Shown here: in pieces, positions 21,746 through 31,619 of the stretch
Numbering within the stretch: position 1 is the stretch's first letter
How the letters are laid out: every line of letters begins with the position of its first letter
Assembly (NCBI GenBank): GCA_965197745.1
Contig: CBDANS010000007.1
Coordinates: 1,152,001-1,216,000, forward strand
DNA: 64,000 nt
Direction: 5' to 3'
From: Opitutales bacterium
Lineage (GTDB): Bacteria > Verrucomicrobiota > Verrucomicrobiia > Opitutales > PNEW01
Notes under the pieces: model-generated
Told to the model about the DNA's origin: nothing
Databases searched by the model: none
What the model saw: the letters and a program-made list of their open reading frames with translations, nothing else
Translations under genes and position numbers: made by a program

Positions 21746-22171
21746 TCAGCTGCTGCCTGCCCATTTCTGAATTTTCTCTTTTATCTTATCTCTGATTTCC
21801 CCTATTTTTTCCAACTTCTCTTCGTCACTGCCCGGAAGTTTTGATGGGTCAGGAAAACTCCAGTGGAGCCTGACACCCGCGCCCGGGACAGAGGGGCATC
21901 TCTCAGCGCTCGTCTCATCACATACGGTGATAAGATAAGCAATGTTCATCACCGTGGTGATAACTTCAGATATACTTTGGGTTTTATTATTTGAAATATC
22001 AATTCCCTCTTCAGCCATTGATTTTACGACCAGTGGGTTTAATACTCCCGGTTCTATTCCCGCGCTGATGGCTTCGAATTGCTCATCATGGAGATAATTC
22101 AGCCATGCTTCTGCCATTTGGCTGCGTGCGCTGTTGTGAATGCAAACAAAGAGTACTTTTTCTTTTGGCAC
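21746..22171 (-). CDS. arsC: Arsenate reductase, LMW-phosphatase fold
   Basis: LFVCIHNSARSQMAE P-loop, ITVCD..AERCP, HWSFPDPS. Confidence 0.85.
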   Translation of the reverse strand: MPKEKVLFVCIHNSARSQMAEAWLNYLHDEQFEAISAGIEPGVLNPLVVKSMAEEGIDISNNKTQSISEVITTVMNIAYLITVCDETSAERCPSVPGAGVRLHWSFPDPSKLPGSDEEKLEKIGEIRDKIKEKIQKWAGSS

Positions 22172-22377
22172 AATTCCAGGAGAGGTAATGATGAATAAGG
22201 GAGTCTAGTTAAAAAAGATTAACGAACAATGCCAGAAATTATTGTCGCTGAATGGGCACAGGAAGAGTTCGCAATAAAAGGGATAGGGATGCAATTTCCC
22301 TCTTTCACCTATCCTGGATTGGGGATAATGTTGGACACGATTGCGTTAGCCGGGTAGAGTTGAAGAGAAAAATTGAT

Positions 22378-22959
22378 ATGGGAAAAATAACTTATTATTT
22401 TAAGCGTGCTGTTCCTTTATTTATAGTGGGATTGCTCAGCCTTCCTTCCGGCGCTGCCTACGCGCATCACGGGGGAAAAGTACACATATCACCCTATCGT
22501 AAACTTTATGTGAGAATTATTGACAACTCGAGTATTGGTTCTGATGGCAGTTTCGGCTCGGAATTATCAGAACTTGATCGGTATCGATTCATGAGTGAGG
22601 CGATAACGACTGTTTTTGAAAGTAAAGAATACCCGGTTGCCTTAAAGTTCGTGCGCTTTGGCAAAGATATCCCTCCGGATGAAAACGTCCTCACGATCTC
22701 TATATACCGTTGGACGCTCAACCGTATCGGTGAATATGAGACGCGGTTTTTTGCAAAGATAAAGTCACGAAAAGGTAAGGTCGATCTTGGCTCCTTTACC
22801 GGACGCTATATTGCTGTCAATCTTGCCGATAGAGAAAAGGTGATCAATAACTTTAAAGCCTCAGCCGGAAAAGCCCTGGAAAAACTCTATCCTGAAATAC
22901 GGGTGCGCACCCTCCCCGGGAAAACGAGAACGCTCCGGGATAGCTACGAAATTAACTAG
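22378..22959 (+). CDS. Hypothetical secreted protein
   Basis: Signal peptide ending AYA after ATG 22378. Confidence 0.6.
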   Translation: MGKITYYFKRAVPLFIVGLLSLPSGAAYAHHGGKVHISPYRKLYVRIIDNSSIGSDGSFGSELSELDRYRFMSEAITTVFESKEYPVALKFVRFGKDIPPDENVLTISIYRWTLNRIGEYETRFFAKIKSRKGKVDLGSFTGRYIAVNLADREKVINNFKASAGKALEKLYPEIRVRTLPGKTRTLRDSYEIN

Positions 22960-23062
22960 TGACAAGAAGCATCACTCGTCATTCCGCAGTGCGAGACCAT
23001 GACAGAGATTGGCAAGAGACATTAAGAGGTTATAGTCCGATTCTGATATCGAGTAATAAAAT

Positions 23063-23271
23063 GGAGGGCCACGCTCCGTCGTGGCCGTCTCAATCCGAGA
23101 ACGAAGACGAAGATTATTATTCATCAACATTCCCATTGCTTGCGCAATGGGCTAATTATGTGTTGCCCCTCCGGGGTTTCGTCGTTAAGATAATCATACA
23201 TCTAAGCGGACGCGACGGAGCGCGTCCCTCCAAAAAATATACCTCCGGAGGGTCACGCGTCGTCGTGACCG
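23063..23271. repeat. Cluster of REP-like palindromes: family A at 23063-23087, 23207-23231(-), 23247-23271; family B at 23131-23179
   Basis: GGAGGGCCACGCTCCGTCGTGGCCG and variants; CCCATTGC-N3-GCAATGGG plus GCCCCTCCGGGG. Confidence 0.8.
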
Positions 23272-23431
23272 TATAAGAAGATTGATTATCATTTGCGCTA
23301 CAGCAGGTGTGCATCAATGGTAATATCTACCACATCTTATTGCCATTCCTATTAGAACCTTTACACCGTTCTCGCCGATGCAGTTTCAGAAAAAACTATC
23401 TGGATGAATCACATACTTTAACGCTAACCGC

Positions 23432-24016
23432 TTACTCCTCTGCCGGTTCTTCGTCTGTTTCAGCCATTTGCTCAGCCGCTTTGTGTATCTCTTCTGCGGC
23501 CTCCTCTATGTCCTGAACAGCTTCCTGGGCGGCGGCCTCGGCATCCTGAGCCATTTCTGTAGCGGCTTCATGCATCTCCTCAGCCATAGCTTGCACAGCG
23601 TTGACGGATTCCATGGCGGGAGCCATCTCCTCGACAGCCTCCTCGACGGCTGCTGCTTCCGCCGTTACCGTTTCAGCCATTTGCTCAGCCGCTTTGTGCA
23701 TCTCTTCCGCGGCCTGCTCTATGTCCTGTACAGCTTCTTGAGCGGTGGCCTCGGCATCCTGAGCCATTTCAGTAGCGGCTTCACGCATCTCCTCTGCGGC
23801 CTGGTGCATCTCTTCAACAGCTTCATGCATTTCTTCCATAGCGTCATCGGTAGCTGATTTTACCATCGATTCAACACTTGGCGGGGCTTCGGCTGCTGGC
23901 ATCGCTTTTTCAGTGGTGGCGGGTTCTTCGGTCACTTCCGTTTTTTTCTGACAGCTCACTAAAATGACAAAGAAAAGGGCCGTCATTCCCGCGAATAAAT
24001 ATTTAATTTTACTCAT
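23432..24016 (-). CDS. Lipoprotein with Ala/Glu/Met/His heptad repeats
   Basis: Lipobox LVS-C22; AGGAG RBS; EEMHxAA repeats; internal 125-nt duplication 23457-23581 / 23670-23794. Confidence 0.8.
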   Translation of the reverse strand: MSKIKYLFAGMTALFFVILVSCQKKTEVTEEPATTEKAMPAAEAPPSVESMVKSATDDAMEEMHEAVEEMHQAAEEMREAATEMAQDAEATAQEAVQDIEQAAEEMHKAAEQMAETVTAEAAAVEEAVEEMAPAMESVNAVQAMAEEMHEAATEMAQDAEAAAQEAVQDIEEAAEEIHKAAEQMAETDEEPAEE

Positions 24017-24297
24017 AACATTCTCCTTAAAACAGATTGGTTAATTTTACTGGGGCACCCCATACCACAATGTAAAAGGGAGTGGAGTATTGTCAATGGG
24101 GGGATTGCAATGGTGTAATTCAAGACACAAAGCATAACTACGCCTAAAAAATAATACTCCCAATATCCGTAAAATCAGGGGAGGAGGATTTGCTTGCCAC
24201 TTAATCTATCAAAAGCATAGTGATCAACGGAATGAGTCGGGCTTTCAGTAATGGCAGGTGCGCGCGCTTATTTTTTTTCGGTGAATTATAATTTCAG

Positions 24298-24373
24298 GCG
24301 GGAGTAGCTCAGTGGATAGAGCAGCGGTCTTCTAAACCGAAGGTCGGGAGTTCGAATCTCCCCTCCCGTGCCA
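24298..24373 (+). tRNA. tRNA-Arg (anticodon TCT)
   Basis: 76 nt; acceptor stem GCGGGAG/CTCCCGT, D-arm GCTC..GAGC, anticodon loop CTTCTAA, T-loop TTCGAAT, encoded CCA. Confidence 0.96.
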
Positions 24374-24422
24374 AACTAAGGGAAAAAGCAGAAGCCGCCC
24401 ATCGGGGAAAAGGTTTTATCAG

Positions 24423-25718
24423 ATGATTAGCGCATCGATAATAGAAGTGCTTCGTAAACGGAATTTCCGTCTGCTTTGGATGGGTCAAGGGGCGACGCAA
24501 ATAGGAAGTGCCATAGATATAATTGCCTTGCCCTGGCTGGTGCTGAAATTAACAGGTGATGCTTTTGCCATGGGCACGGTTCTTGCCGTTTGGGGGATAC
24601 CGCGTGCTGTATTTATCTTGGTGGGTGGGGCTTTAACGGATCGCATGTCGCCACGTCTGGTTATGATCGTAGCTGATTTATTGCGAATGGGTTTAGTTTT
24701 ATTGATGGCGATACTCGTTCTGGCTGAATCTGTTGAACTATGGATGATTTACGTTTTTGCCTTTATGGTGGGATTGACGAGTGCCTTTTTAATCCCGGCT
24801 CGATCGGCGATTGTTCCATTCATAGTCGATACTGAACACCTTCAATCCGCAAACTCGGTAATCATGGGAACGGCTCATGTCTGCCATCTTATCGGTCCCG
24901 TATTGGCGGGTATTACGATCAGCTTTTTTGGAGATAAGAGCATGCTATCCAGTAATGCATCTGAAGTTTTGCCCGAAGCTCTGGGAATAGGTATCGTTTT
25001 TCTGGTCCAGGCGAGCACGAATCTGATTTCAGTTCTAACGCTATGGATGATGAAAATCGAAATCTTGCGGGATAAAACGGATGAACATAAGAATGTGTGG
25101 TCATCTATCAGCACTGGATTTATGACAATGTGGAAAGATGTTACTTTACGCGCATGGTTTTTTATTATCGTGGCTCTCAGTCTTCTCTTTAATGGTCCCA
25201 TAGTGATTGGAATACCGGTCCTTGCGGACACACGCTTTCCTGAAGGATCAACGGCATTTGGGGTCATCATGTCCGCAGCTGGCGCAGGTGGTTTAACGGG
25301 CACTCTCCTTGCGGGGGTATTACCGAGACCCGGGCCCCGGTGGCTTGGCTCAACGTTAACCCTGCTCATAGGCTTGCATGGAATAGGGTTGATATTGCTT
25401 AGCAGTGTTTATTCAACACTCATGGCCGCAATGATAACACTGGTTATGAGCATGGCAGATGGATACGTATATATCATGTTTATTTCATGGGTGCAAAGAC
25501 GCACTCCGAGAGAAATAATGGGGCGTATTATGAGTCTGATAATGCTTGCGAATTTTGGAGTGCAACCTGTTTCACAGGCCCTTGCCGGAGCCGTTGTCGC
25601 CTTCAACACAAATTTATTATTTATAGGGTCGGGCAGCCTCCCCATCGTATTCATGTTAATCTATTCTCTCAAACCCGCGGTACGGGCGATGGGGATAGCA
25701 AGCGATGACAAAATATAA
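24423..25718 (+). CDS. MFS transporter (DHA3/macrolide-efflux-like)
   Basis: RNFRLLWMGQ, GGALTDRMSPR motif A, MGRIMS; about 12 TM segments. Confidence 0.9.
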   Translation: MISASIIEVLRKRNFRLLWMGQGATQIGSAIDIIALPWLVLKLTGDAFAMGTVLAVWGIPRAVFILVGGALTDRMSPRLVMIVADLLRMGLVLLMAILVLAESVELWMIYVFAFMVGLTSAFLIPARSAIVPFIVDTEHLQSANSVIMGTAHVCHLIGPVLAGITISFFGDKSMLSSNASEVLPEALGIGIVFLVQASTNLISVLTLWMMKIEILRDKTDEHKNVWSSISTGFMTMWKDVTLRAWFFIIVALSLLFNGPIVIGIPVLADTRFPEGSTAFGVIMSAAGAGGLTGTLLAGVLPRPGPRWLGSTLTLLIGLHGIGLILLSSVYSTLMAAMITLVMSMADGYVYIMFISWVQRRTPREIMGRIMSLIMLANFGVQPVSQALAGAVVAFNTNLLFIGSGSLPIVFMLIYSLKPAVRAMGIASDDKI

Positions 25719-25806
25719 ACGGTCTTTTCCCACCAGCGATCAGACTAAGATAAAATTTTCTCATAGGGGTTGACTCAAATTATACTGCCTCTCAAGGTGC
25801 GGGTCT

Positions 25807-27195
25807 ATGAACAAATTTAAAATAGCCGATCCTAACTTTCCACTTATTCAGCTACCCGGAGAATTTGATACTCGTCGCATTACAATGCACGGTGATCTTC
25901 TGCAGGGAGAGGAAGTTGAAATCATCAATGCCAAGGGTCCCGGGTGTATCCGACACTTCTGGCTCACCCTCTCCATCAGTAATGAGACGGAGCTGGAGAT
26001 CAATTGCGATGAGGAAAGCGATCCCCAGGTTAAAATGAAGTTGAATCAATTCTTTGGCGTGCTCTTGGGACAAACACCCTATCGAATTGAGTCTGCGCCC
26101 ATTAAGCTGCTGCCGAAAAGCGGCTATAATTGTTACCTGCCGATACCATTCAGTTCATCCTGCAGAATAGTATTACGCAATCCCGGAGAGGATAAGACTC
26201 ATTACTGGACCATGGCGAACTGGCATTGTTATGACAAGGACGAGGCGATTACACCCTATCGCCTTCATGCTGACTTTCGTGTTGAATCACCGGCGCCGCC
26301 ACAAAGTTCATACCTCGTGGGCGATGTCAGCGGACGTGGATTTATCGCGGGGCTTTTCAAGGGAATTCGTAAACAGGACCAAAGCGATCTCATCTATCAC
26401 ACCGGGAGCGATCTCTGGATGATCGATGGGGAAGTGAATCCTCATGTCATGCGAGGGATCGGTATCGAAGACACCTTTGGGCAATCGTTTGGCTACTTTA
26501 AGGATAGCAGCCAGTGGTCCGGCTGTCCCTATGAAGAGAGTTGGGGAGGGCACACGGCAACCGAAGGGGTGGTCTACCGCTTCTTTGGGGTAGATACCCT
26601 GTCCTTTAAATCATCCCTTGTCTTGAGATTTGGGGCCCTTGCCAACCATACAGAAAGCGTATTGTATACCTACCTCGATCGGGAGTGTGAGGCGATTGAA
26701 GTCGAGAGCCCAAAGTCGTGGACTTTAACCGGACCCTTTGATTGCGATACGATCGAGGATTTTGAACGGGAGGAATTCTCTGAAAGGGCGCGTGGCGACT
26801 GGCCCGAGGACCGGGAGTGGGGCGAACGCCGCTTTCCCCCTCTGGAAATCGATTCCGAACACGCCTGGTTAGACTTTACCCGCTACTTCCGATGCACGGC
26901 TCAAAGCAAAAAGGGCATGCAGCTTCATCATGTCTCGGCTTACGCGCACACGACGATCACTTCAGAGTCGCAATGCCAAAAAATAATGCGTTTAGGTTTT
27001 GATGACTGGCTGAAGCTATGGGTCAATGGAAAACCCGTGACAACGGTGCGGCATGATAATGGATTCGCTGTTCAGGAGGTACCGATAACCCTGGAAAAAG
27101 GTAATAACGAAGTTCTCATTAAGTTGAGTAATTTCGATAATATCGAGTGGTGATGCTGGGCTTTCAACCTGGTAGTAGAAAGTGATAAGGGCTAA
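25807..27195 (+). CDS. DUF2961 (GH172-like) protein with C-terminal beta-sandwich; in-frame TGA at 27151-27153 cuts off the last 14 codons
   Basis: GPGCIRHFWLT, NCYLPIPF, IDGE...G.GIEDTFG, YRF; reading continues past TGA as CWAFNLVVESDKG to TAA 27195. Confidence 0.7.
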
Positions 27196-27243
27196 AGAAT
27201 CAGGCCGAAGGTTAAAAGCCAATAGTCATAGGTCGAACAGGTA

Positions 27244-27729
27244 ATGCGATTATTACTTATACTTACTTTAATCGCAGGAATATTTATTCAAGCGTATTAT
27301 TATTCGGAATTGCCGGATTACGTTGCCAATAATTTCGGAAACAACGGTGAACCCAATAGTTGGATGTCCCGGGAATGGCATATGGGCATAGCCATTGCGA
27401 TATATCTCATGAATTCATTATTATTTCTCTCCACACCCCTGATCTTTAGAAAAATACCTGTTAAATATATAAACTTTCCGGAAAAAGAATTTTGGCTGGC
27501 TGATGAAAGAAAAACAGAAAGTATCCAACTCATGTCGAGCTGGTTGGCATTTTTTGGCCTGGCCACAAATGTCTTTGTCATTCTGGTTTCACATCTCGTC
27601 TACGAAGCAAATATTTCTGACCCCGTTAAATTAAACGAATCGATGTTTTTCACAGTAATACTACTATTTATAATCGTTATTATAACGTGGATAATATTAC
27701 TTTTTAAACGATTTAAGAAAATCGCCTGA
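27244..27729 (+). CDS. DUF1648-like membrane protein
   Basis: YYSELPD.VA..F...GEPNSWMS, INFP.KEFW; about 4 TM segments. Confidence 0.75.
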   Translation: MRLLLILTLIAGIFIQAYYYSELPDYVANNFGNNGEPNSWMSREWHMGIAIAIYLMNSLLFLSTPLIFRKIPVKYINFPEKEFWLADERKTESIQLMSSWLAFFGLATNVFVILVSHLVYEANISDPVKLNESMFFTVILLFIIVIITWIILLFKRFKKIA

Positions 27730-27760
27730 CAGTGAAAATAAACCCCAGTGAAGATCTAAA

Positions 27761-28153
27761 ATGAAAAGTACCGGTATAACCTATTTGCTCTTAGTGCTGA
27801 TTGTTATTGTCGCAGGATGCGCGGACCGTGACACCACAGCTCCTCTTGTCGTCAATACCTTCCCCTCAAATGGGAGCCGGGACATTAACCCCTCGATAAG
27901 TGAAATAGCGGTAACTTTCAATGAGGCAATGATGGATGGGAATTGGTCCTGGGCATACACGAATATAAACGAATTCCCAGAGATGAAAGGAGATCCCTAC
28001 TTTACGGAAGACTTCACTAAAAATATATTGCCGGTAAAATTGGAGCCGAATAGAGAATATATTATCTGGATAAACAGCGAAAAGTTTCAAAATTTTAAAG
28101 ATCGGAGTGGCAACCCGCTCGCTCCTTACAAGTTTACCTTTAAGACTAAATAG
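27761..28153 (+). CDS. Lipoprotein with bacterial Ig-like (Big_5-type) domain
   Basis: Lipobox VAG-C; DTTAP.VV.T.P.NG, I.VTFNEAM, KD.SGNPL...FTF.T. Confidence 0.8.
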   Translation: MKSTGITYLLLVLIVIVAGCADRDTTAPLVVNTFPSNGSRDINPSISEIAVTFNEAMMDGNWSWAYTNINEFPEMKGDPYFTEDFTKNILPVKLEPNREYIIWINSEKFQNFKDRSGNPLAPYKFTFKTK

Positions 28154-28206
28154 GGTTCCTTGACGGACGCCATTATTCGGCGCTCCGTGGACTATGACCG
28201 GGGATG

Positions 28207-28547
28207 TGTCGCCCCTCTGGGGCTACGTTTTAAACTATTATTTTTTACCCACAGCTTCCGCTGTGGGCTACGATTGTCACACCCCTCCGGGGTTGATTTA
28301 ATAGGGAGGGACGTGCTCCGTCGCGTCCGTAACCATCATATTAAAGCGGCCAAGACAGAGCGTGACCCTTCAGAAGAAAATGAAAAAAGGGCGTCTCCCG
28401 CAGTTGCGGGATCCTCGCAATGACAATGGAAAAATTCAATCAACTATTGATAATCGCTACCAAGGGCCGTGCCCGGCATTTTACAAATCGACAATCGCAA
28501 ATCGTTACCGAGGGCCATGCCCGACATCTTGCAATTCGACAATTGCT
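28207..28547. repeat. Repeat mosaic: family B (28207-28294), family A (28305-28329, 28347-28371(-)), family C (28391-28425), 48-bp tandem duplication (28452-28547)
   Basis: Direct comparison with the copies at 12.7-13.0 kb, 23.1-23.3 kb and 43.6 kb. Confidence 0.8.
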
Positions 28548-29457
28548 ACAGCATCTCCTGGATAAGAGCGTCTGCTTGTTCCTTGGTGATTCCGAGCTTG
28601 CGGTAGGCGAGGGGCCCTCCTTCTTCAAGAATGGGTTCCAAATCATTAAGGGTGGGCAGGTCGTTGCGCTTCCAGAATAGTCCGATAGGTATTTCTTCAC
28701 CCCACAGGTAGCCTTTGTCCAGGCAGGCATGGAAATCAGTGGGATCATGATCTTCTTCCTCTTCAAGGATTTTTACCCGTGGGTTAAACCATTTGAAAGT
28801 GTTGTCTTTATTGTAGGTTACACAGGGGCTGAAAACATCCACTAAAGAAAACCCTTTATGCGAAATGGCGTCCTTGAAAATTTCTATAAGGTGTTTCTGT
28901 TTACCGCTGTAACCGCGCGCCACGTAGGTAGCACCGCCGACAATCGCCATGGGTATTGGATTTATCGGGTTTTCGACATTACCATGCGGTGTGGATTTAG
29001 TTTTCATCCCTTTCTCACTGGTTGGTGAAACCTGGCCGGTGGTAAGACCGTATATCTGGTTGTCCATAACAATATAAGTCAGGTCCACGTTGCGGCGCAT
29101 GGTATGGACAAAGTGATTACCACCAATGCCATATCCATCACCGTCGCCGCCGGTTGCGATCACGGTCAATTCATGGTTAGCCAGCTTGGCCCCGGTCGCG
29201 ACCGCGAGACCACGTCCGTGCAAGGTATGCATTCCATAGGAATTAATAAAACCGGGAAGGTTGGAGGAACAACCGATGCCACTGACGACAAGGACCTGGT
29301 GCGGTAGGAGACCCAGCTCGACGAGCGCTTTTTTCAGCGCGGTGAGGACGGAAAAGTCGCCGCAACCTGGACACCAATCCGGAGCAATTTTGCCATCGTA
29401 GCTGTCTTTTTCTGGTTTAACTTCAGTTGTGGTAATGTTATTGGCTACTGTACTCAT
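28546..29457 (-). CDS. 2-oxoacid:ferredoxin oxidoreductase, beta subunit
   Basis: WCPGCGDF, VVSGIGCSS, HTLHGR, GGDGD..GIG.NH TPP motif, YGLTTGQVSPT, SPCVTYN. Confidence 0.95.
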   Translation of the reverse strand: MSTVANNITTTEVKPEKDSYDGKIAPDWCPGCGDFSVLTALKKALVELGLLPHQVLVVSGIGCSSNLPGFINSYGMHTLHGRGLAVATGAKLANHELTVIATGGDGDGYGIGGNHFVHTMRRNVDLTYIVMDNQIYGLTTGQVSPTSEKGMKTKSTPHGNVENPINPIPMAIVGGATYVARGYSGKQKHLIEIFKDAISHKGFSLVDVFSPCVTYNKDNTFKWFNPRVKILEEEEDHDPTDFHACLDKGYLWGEEIPIGLFWKRNDLPTLNDLEPILEEGGPLAYRKLGITKEQADALIQEML

Positions 29458-29469
29458 ACTTATAGGGGG

Positions 29470-31275
29470 TTATAAAATTAATTCGTGGACGGGAACCGAG
29501 TGCGTGGTTTTCCCTTCGAGTTGTTCTTTGACGGAATTAACAATGTGGTGCGGCATGAAGGGTTCACCATCGTATTTTCGAATAAAACCATCAGCGGAAA
29601 ATCCGGTTTCGGAACGGAGATAGCGCGCGAACTGGCCGCTGTAATTATTTTCTATGATAATAACCTTCTTAGCTGCAGAAAGAATACGGGTAATTTCATC
29701 GGCATGAAAGGGGACGATCCATTTGATGTTCAGTTGGCTTGCGACAATACCCTCTTCTCCCGCTAATTTTTCAACGGCCTCACGAATTACACCTTCGGTT
29801 GAGCCCCAACCCACCAGTGTGACTTCGGCAGTTTCCGGGCCTACCAGTTTCGGTGGTTCTAACTGTGCAAGGACCGTCTCCATTTTGCGTGCCCGTTTCT
29901 CAACCATCATCTGGCGCGTGTGGGGATTGGTAAATTCGTCACTGATGAGGACGCCCTCTTCGTCATGTTCGTCAGTGGAGGCGATATAGATGTGCCCCGG
30001 AACACCAGGGACTGCGCGTGGGGAAATACCGCTTTCGGTATTTTTGAAACGAAGATAAGTGCTGTCATTATAACCGCCAAAAGGATTATCTGCGCTTCCG
30101 TTTCCATCGGGAAAGATCATCTCTCCGCGATCAATCTCAACATTGAAATCAAGGTCATCAGGGTCGACACTGGCGGTCCCTTCCGAGATCAACAGATCGG
30201 AAAGGAGAAGACCCGGACACTGATACTTATCAGTTAAATTAAAAAGTTCGGGAATCGTTTTAAAAAGATCGAGATGACTGCTGGGCGCTACAATTATTTT
30301 TGGATAGTCGCCCTGTCCCGCGCCCAGAAATTGCCAGAGGTCACCTTGCTCTGTTTTGGTGGGAACTCCTGTTGCCGGTCCTGCCCGTTGCACATCGACA
30401 CAGACAATCGGGGTTTCGATCATGCCTGACATCCCTACGGCTTCGGACATGAGGGCAAATCCACCGCCCGAAGTGGCGCACATCGCTCGGCAACCCGCAT
30501 GGCCGGCACCGATTACCATGTTCATAACCCCTATTTCATCTTCTACCTGCCGCACCATAATGTCTAATTGACGGGCGTGCGAAGCCATATACATGAGCAC
30601 ACCGGTAGACGGGCTCATCGGATAAGCTGCATAAAACTTTACCCCTGCCGCAATTCCGCCTAAGGCAATGGCGTCATTTCCGGTCAGTACTGCCTGTCCC
30701 TTACCCACCACGGGCACTTTAAAGGGCAATGACTTAAAATTATCTGCCGCAAATTGATAGCCTGCCTTGGCTATATTTACGTTTGAGGCGACAACCTCGT
30801 CACCTTTTCTTTTAAATATTCGTTCTAAAGCATTTTCGAGGGGCTCAAATTCTATCCCGAGCATCTGTAAGGTGGCGGCGACAGCCACAGTATTTCCAGC
30901 CAGTCTATTTCCGGTGGTCAGTTCCTTAAGAGGCAAGGGGCATATTTGGACGCCCTCAGCTGCCGTGCCGGGCTTAATTTTATCCCCATCAAAGAGGACA
31001 ATGGCCCCTGTATTGAGATGCTTGAGGTGCCGGTCCATGGTATCCTGATTGAGCGGGATCATTATATCCCACTTATCTCCCATATTACGCACCGGTTTAT
31101 CACTGGCGCGAATGGTCAGAAAGGTATGCCCCCCCCGGATAAGGGACTGGTAGGAGTTATATGCGTTTAAATTAAGTCCACGCCGCGCAAAAATGCGTGC
31201 GAGTATATTTCCGGGTGTAGCGATACCTTGACCGGCGGCACCGCCTATGCCGACTGCAAAATCAATATTTGCCAT
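29470..31275 (-). CDS. 2-oxoacid:ferredoxin oxidoreductase, alpha subunit (gamma-alpha fusion)
   Basis: GGAAGQGI, IRGGH, GNDAIALG, YPMSPST, EDEI, TSGGGFALMSE, QRAGPATGVPTKTEQGD. Confidence 0.95.
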   Translation of the reverse strand: MANIDFAVGIGGAAGQGIATPGNILARIFARRGLNLNAYNSYQSLIRGGHTFLTIRASDKPVRNMGDKWDIMIPLNQDTMDRHLKHLNTGAIVLFDGDKIKPGTAAEGVQICPLPLKELTTGNRLAGNTVAVAATLQMLGIEFEPLENALERIFKRKGDEVVASNVNIAKAGYQFAADNFKSLPFKVPVVGKGQAVLTGNDAIALGGIAAGVKFYAAYPMSPSTGVLMYMASHARQLDIMVRQVEDEIGVMNMVIGAGHAGCRAMCATSGGGFALMSEAVGMSGMIETPIVCVDVQRAGPATGVPTKTEQGDLWQFLGAGQGDYPKIIVAPSSHLDLFKTIPELFNLTDKYQCPGLLLSDLLISEGTASVDPDDLDFNVEIDRGEMIFPDGNGSADNPFGGYNDSTYLRFKNTESGISPRAVPGVPGHIYIASTDEHDEEGVLISDEFTNPHTRQMMVEKRARKMETVLAQLEPPKLVGPETAEVTLVGWGSTEGVIREAVEKLAGEEGIVASQLNIKWIVPFHADEITRILSAAKKVIIIENNYSGQFARYLRSETGFSADGFIRKYDGEPFMPHHIVNSVKEQLEGKTTHSVPVHELIL

Positions 31276-31619
31276 AATGAGTTAATAGAGAGAATTCACA
31301 TCCGACCTGCCATTATCCTGGCAGAACAGAAAAAGAGATTGGTTTAGTAATAATAATTATTTTCGGTACTGTCGACTAGATCAATGAAAAAAATCTATAT
31401 TAGCAAATTTGAGCAAGAGAGAGAAAATAAAGGGGGTTTACCCGATAATTAATTTATTTTTATATTCAGAACTATTTGTTATATCATAATATAAGATAAG
31501 TTTCATATTTTGAAAGAATAGGCATTATTATAATCAGGAGTGCACCCAATGAGATTAATATGAAAGCGGTTGAAATTGATTTTTGCAAAAATACGATAGC
31601 TGAATTATAGAAAGTCCAA

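Noticed and set aside
21746..22171. Arsenic resistance operon
   Set aside because: arsC stands alone; no arsR, acr3 or arsB nearby
22959..23276. ORFs 12604-12864, 12748-12942, 22959-23276, 28160-28423, 28362-28565 and 43388-43642 as real genes
   Set aside because: They run through repeat mosaics and have no RBS or recognisable protein motif
24298..28153. Genomic island integrated at tRNA-Arg
   Set aside because: No integrase, and I found no duplicated tRNA 3' end by eye
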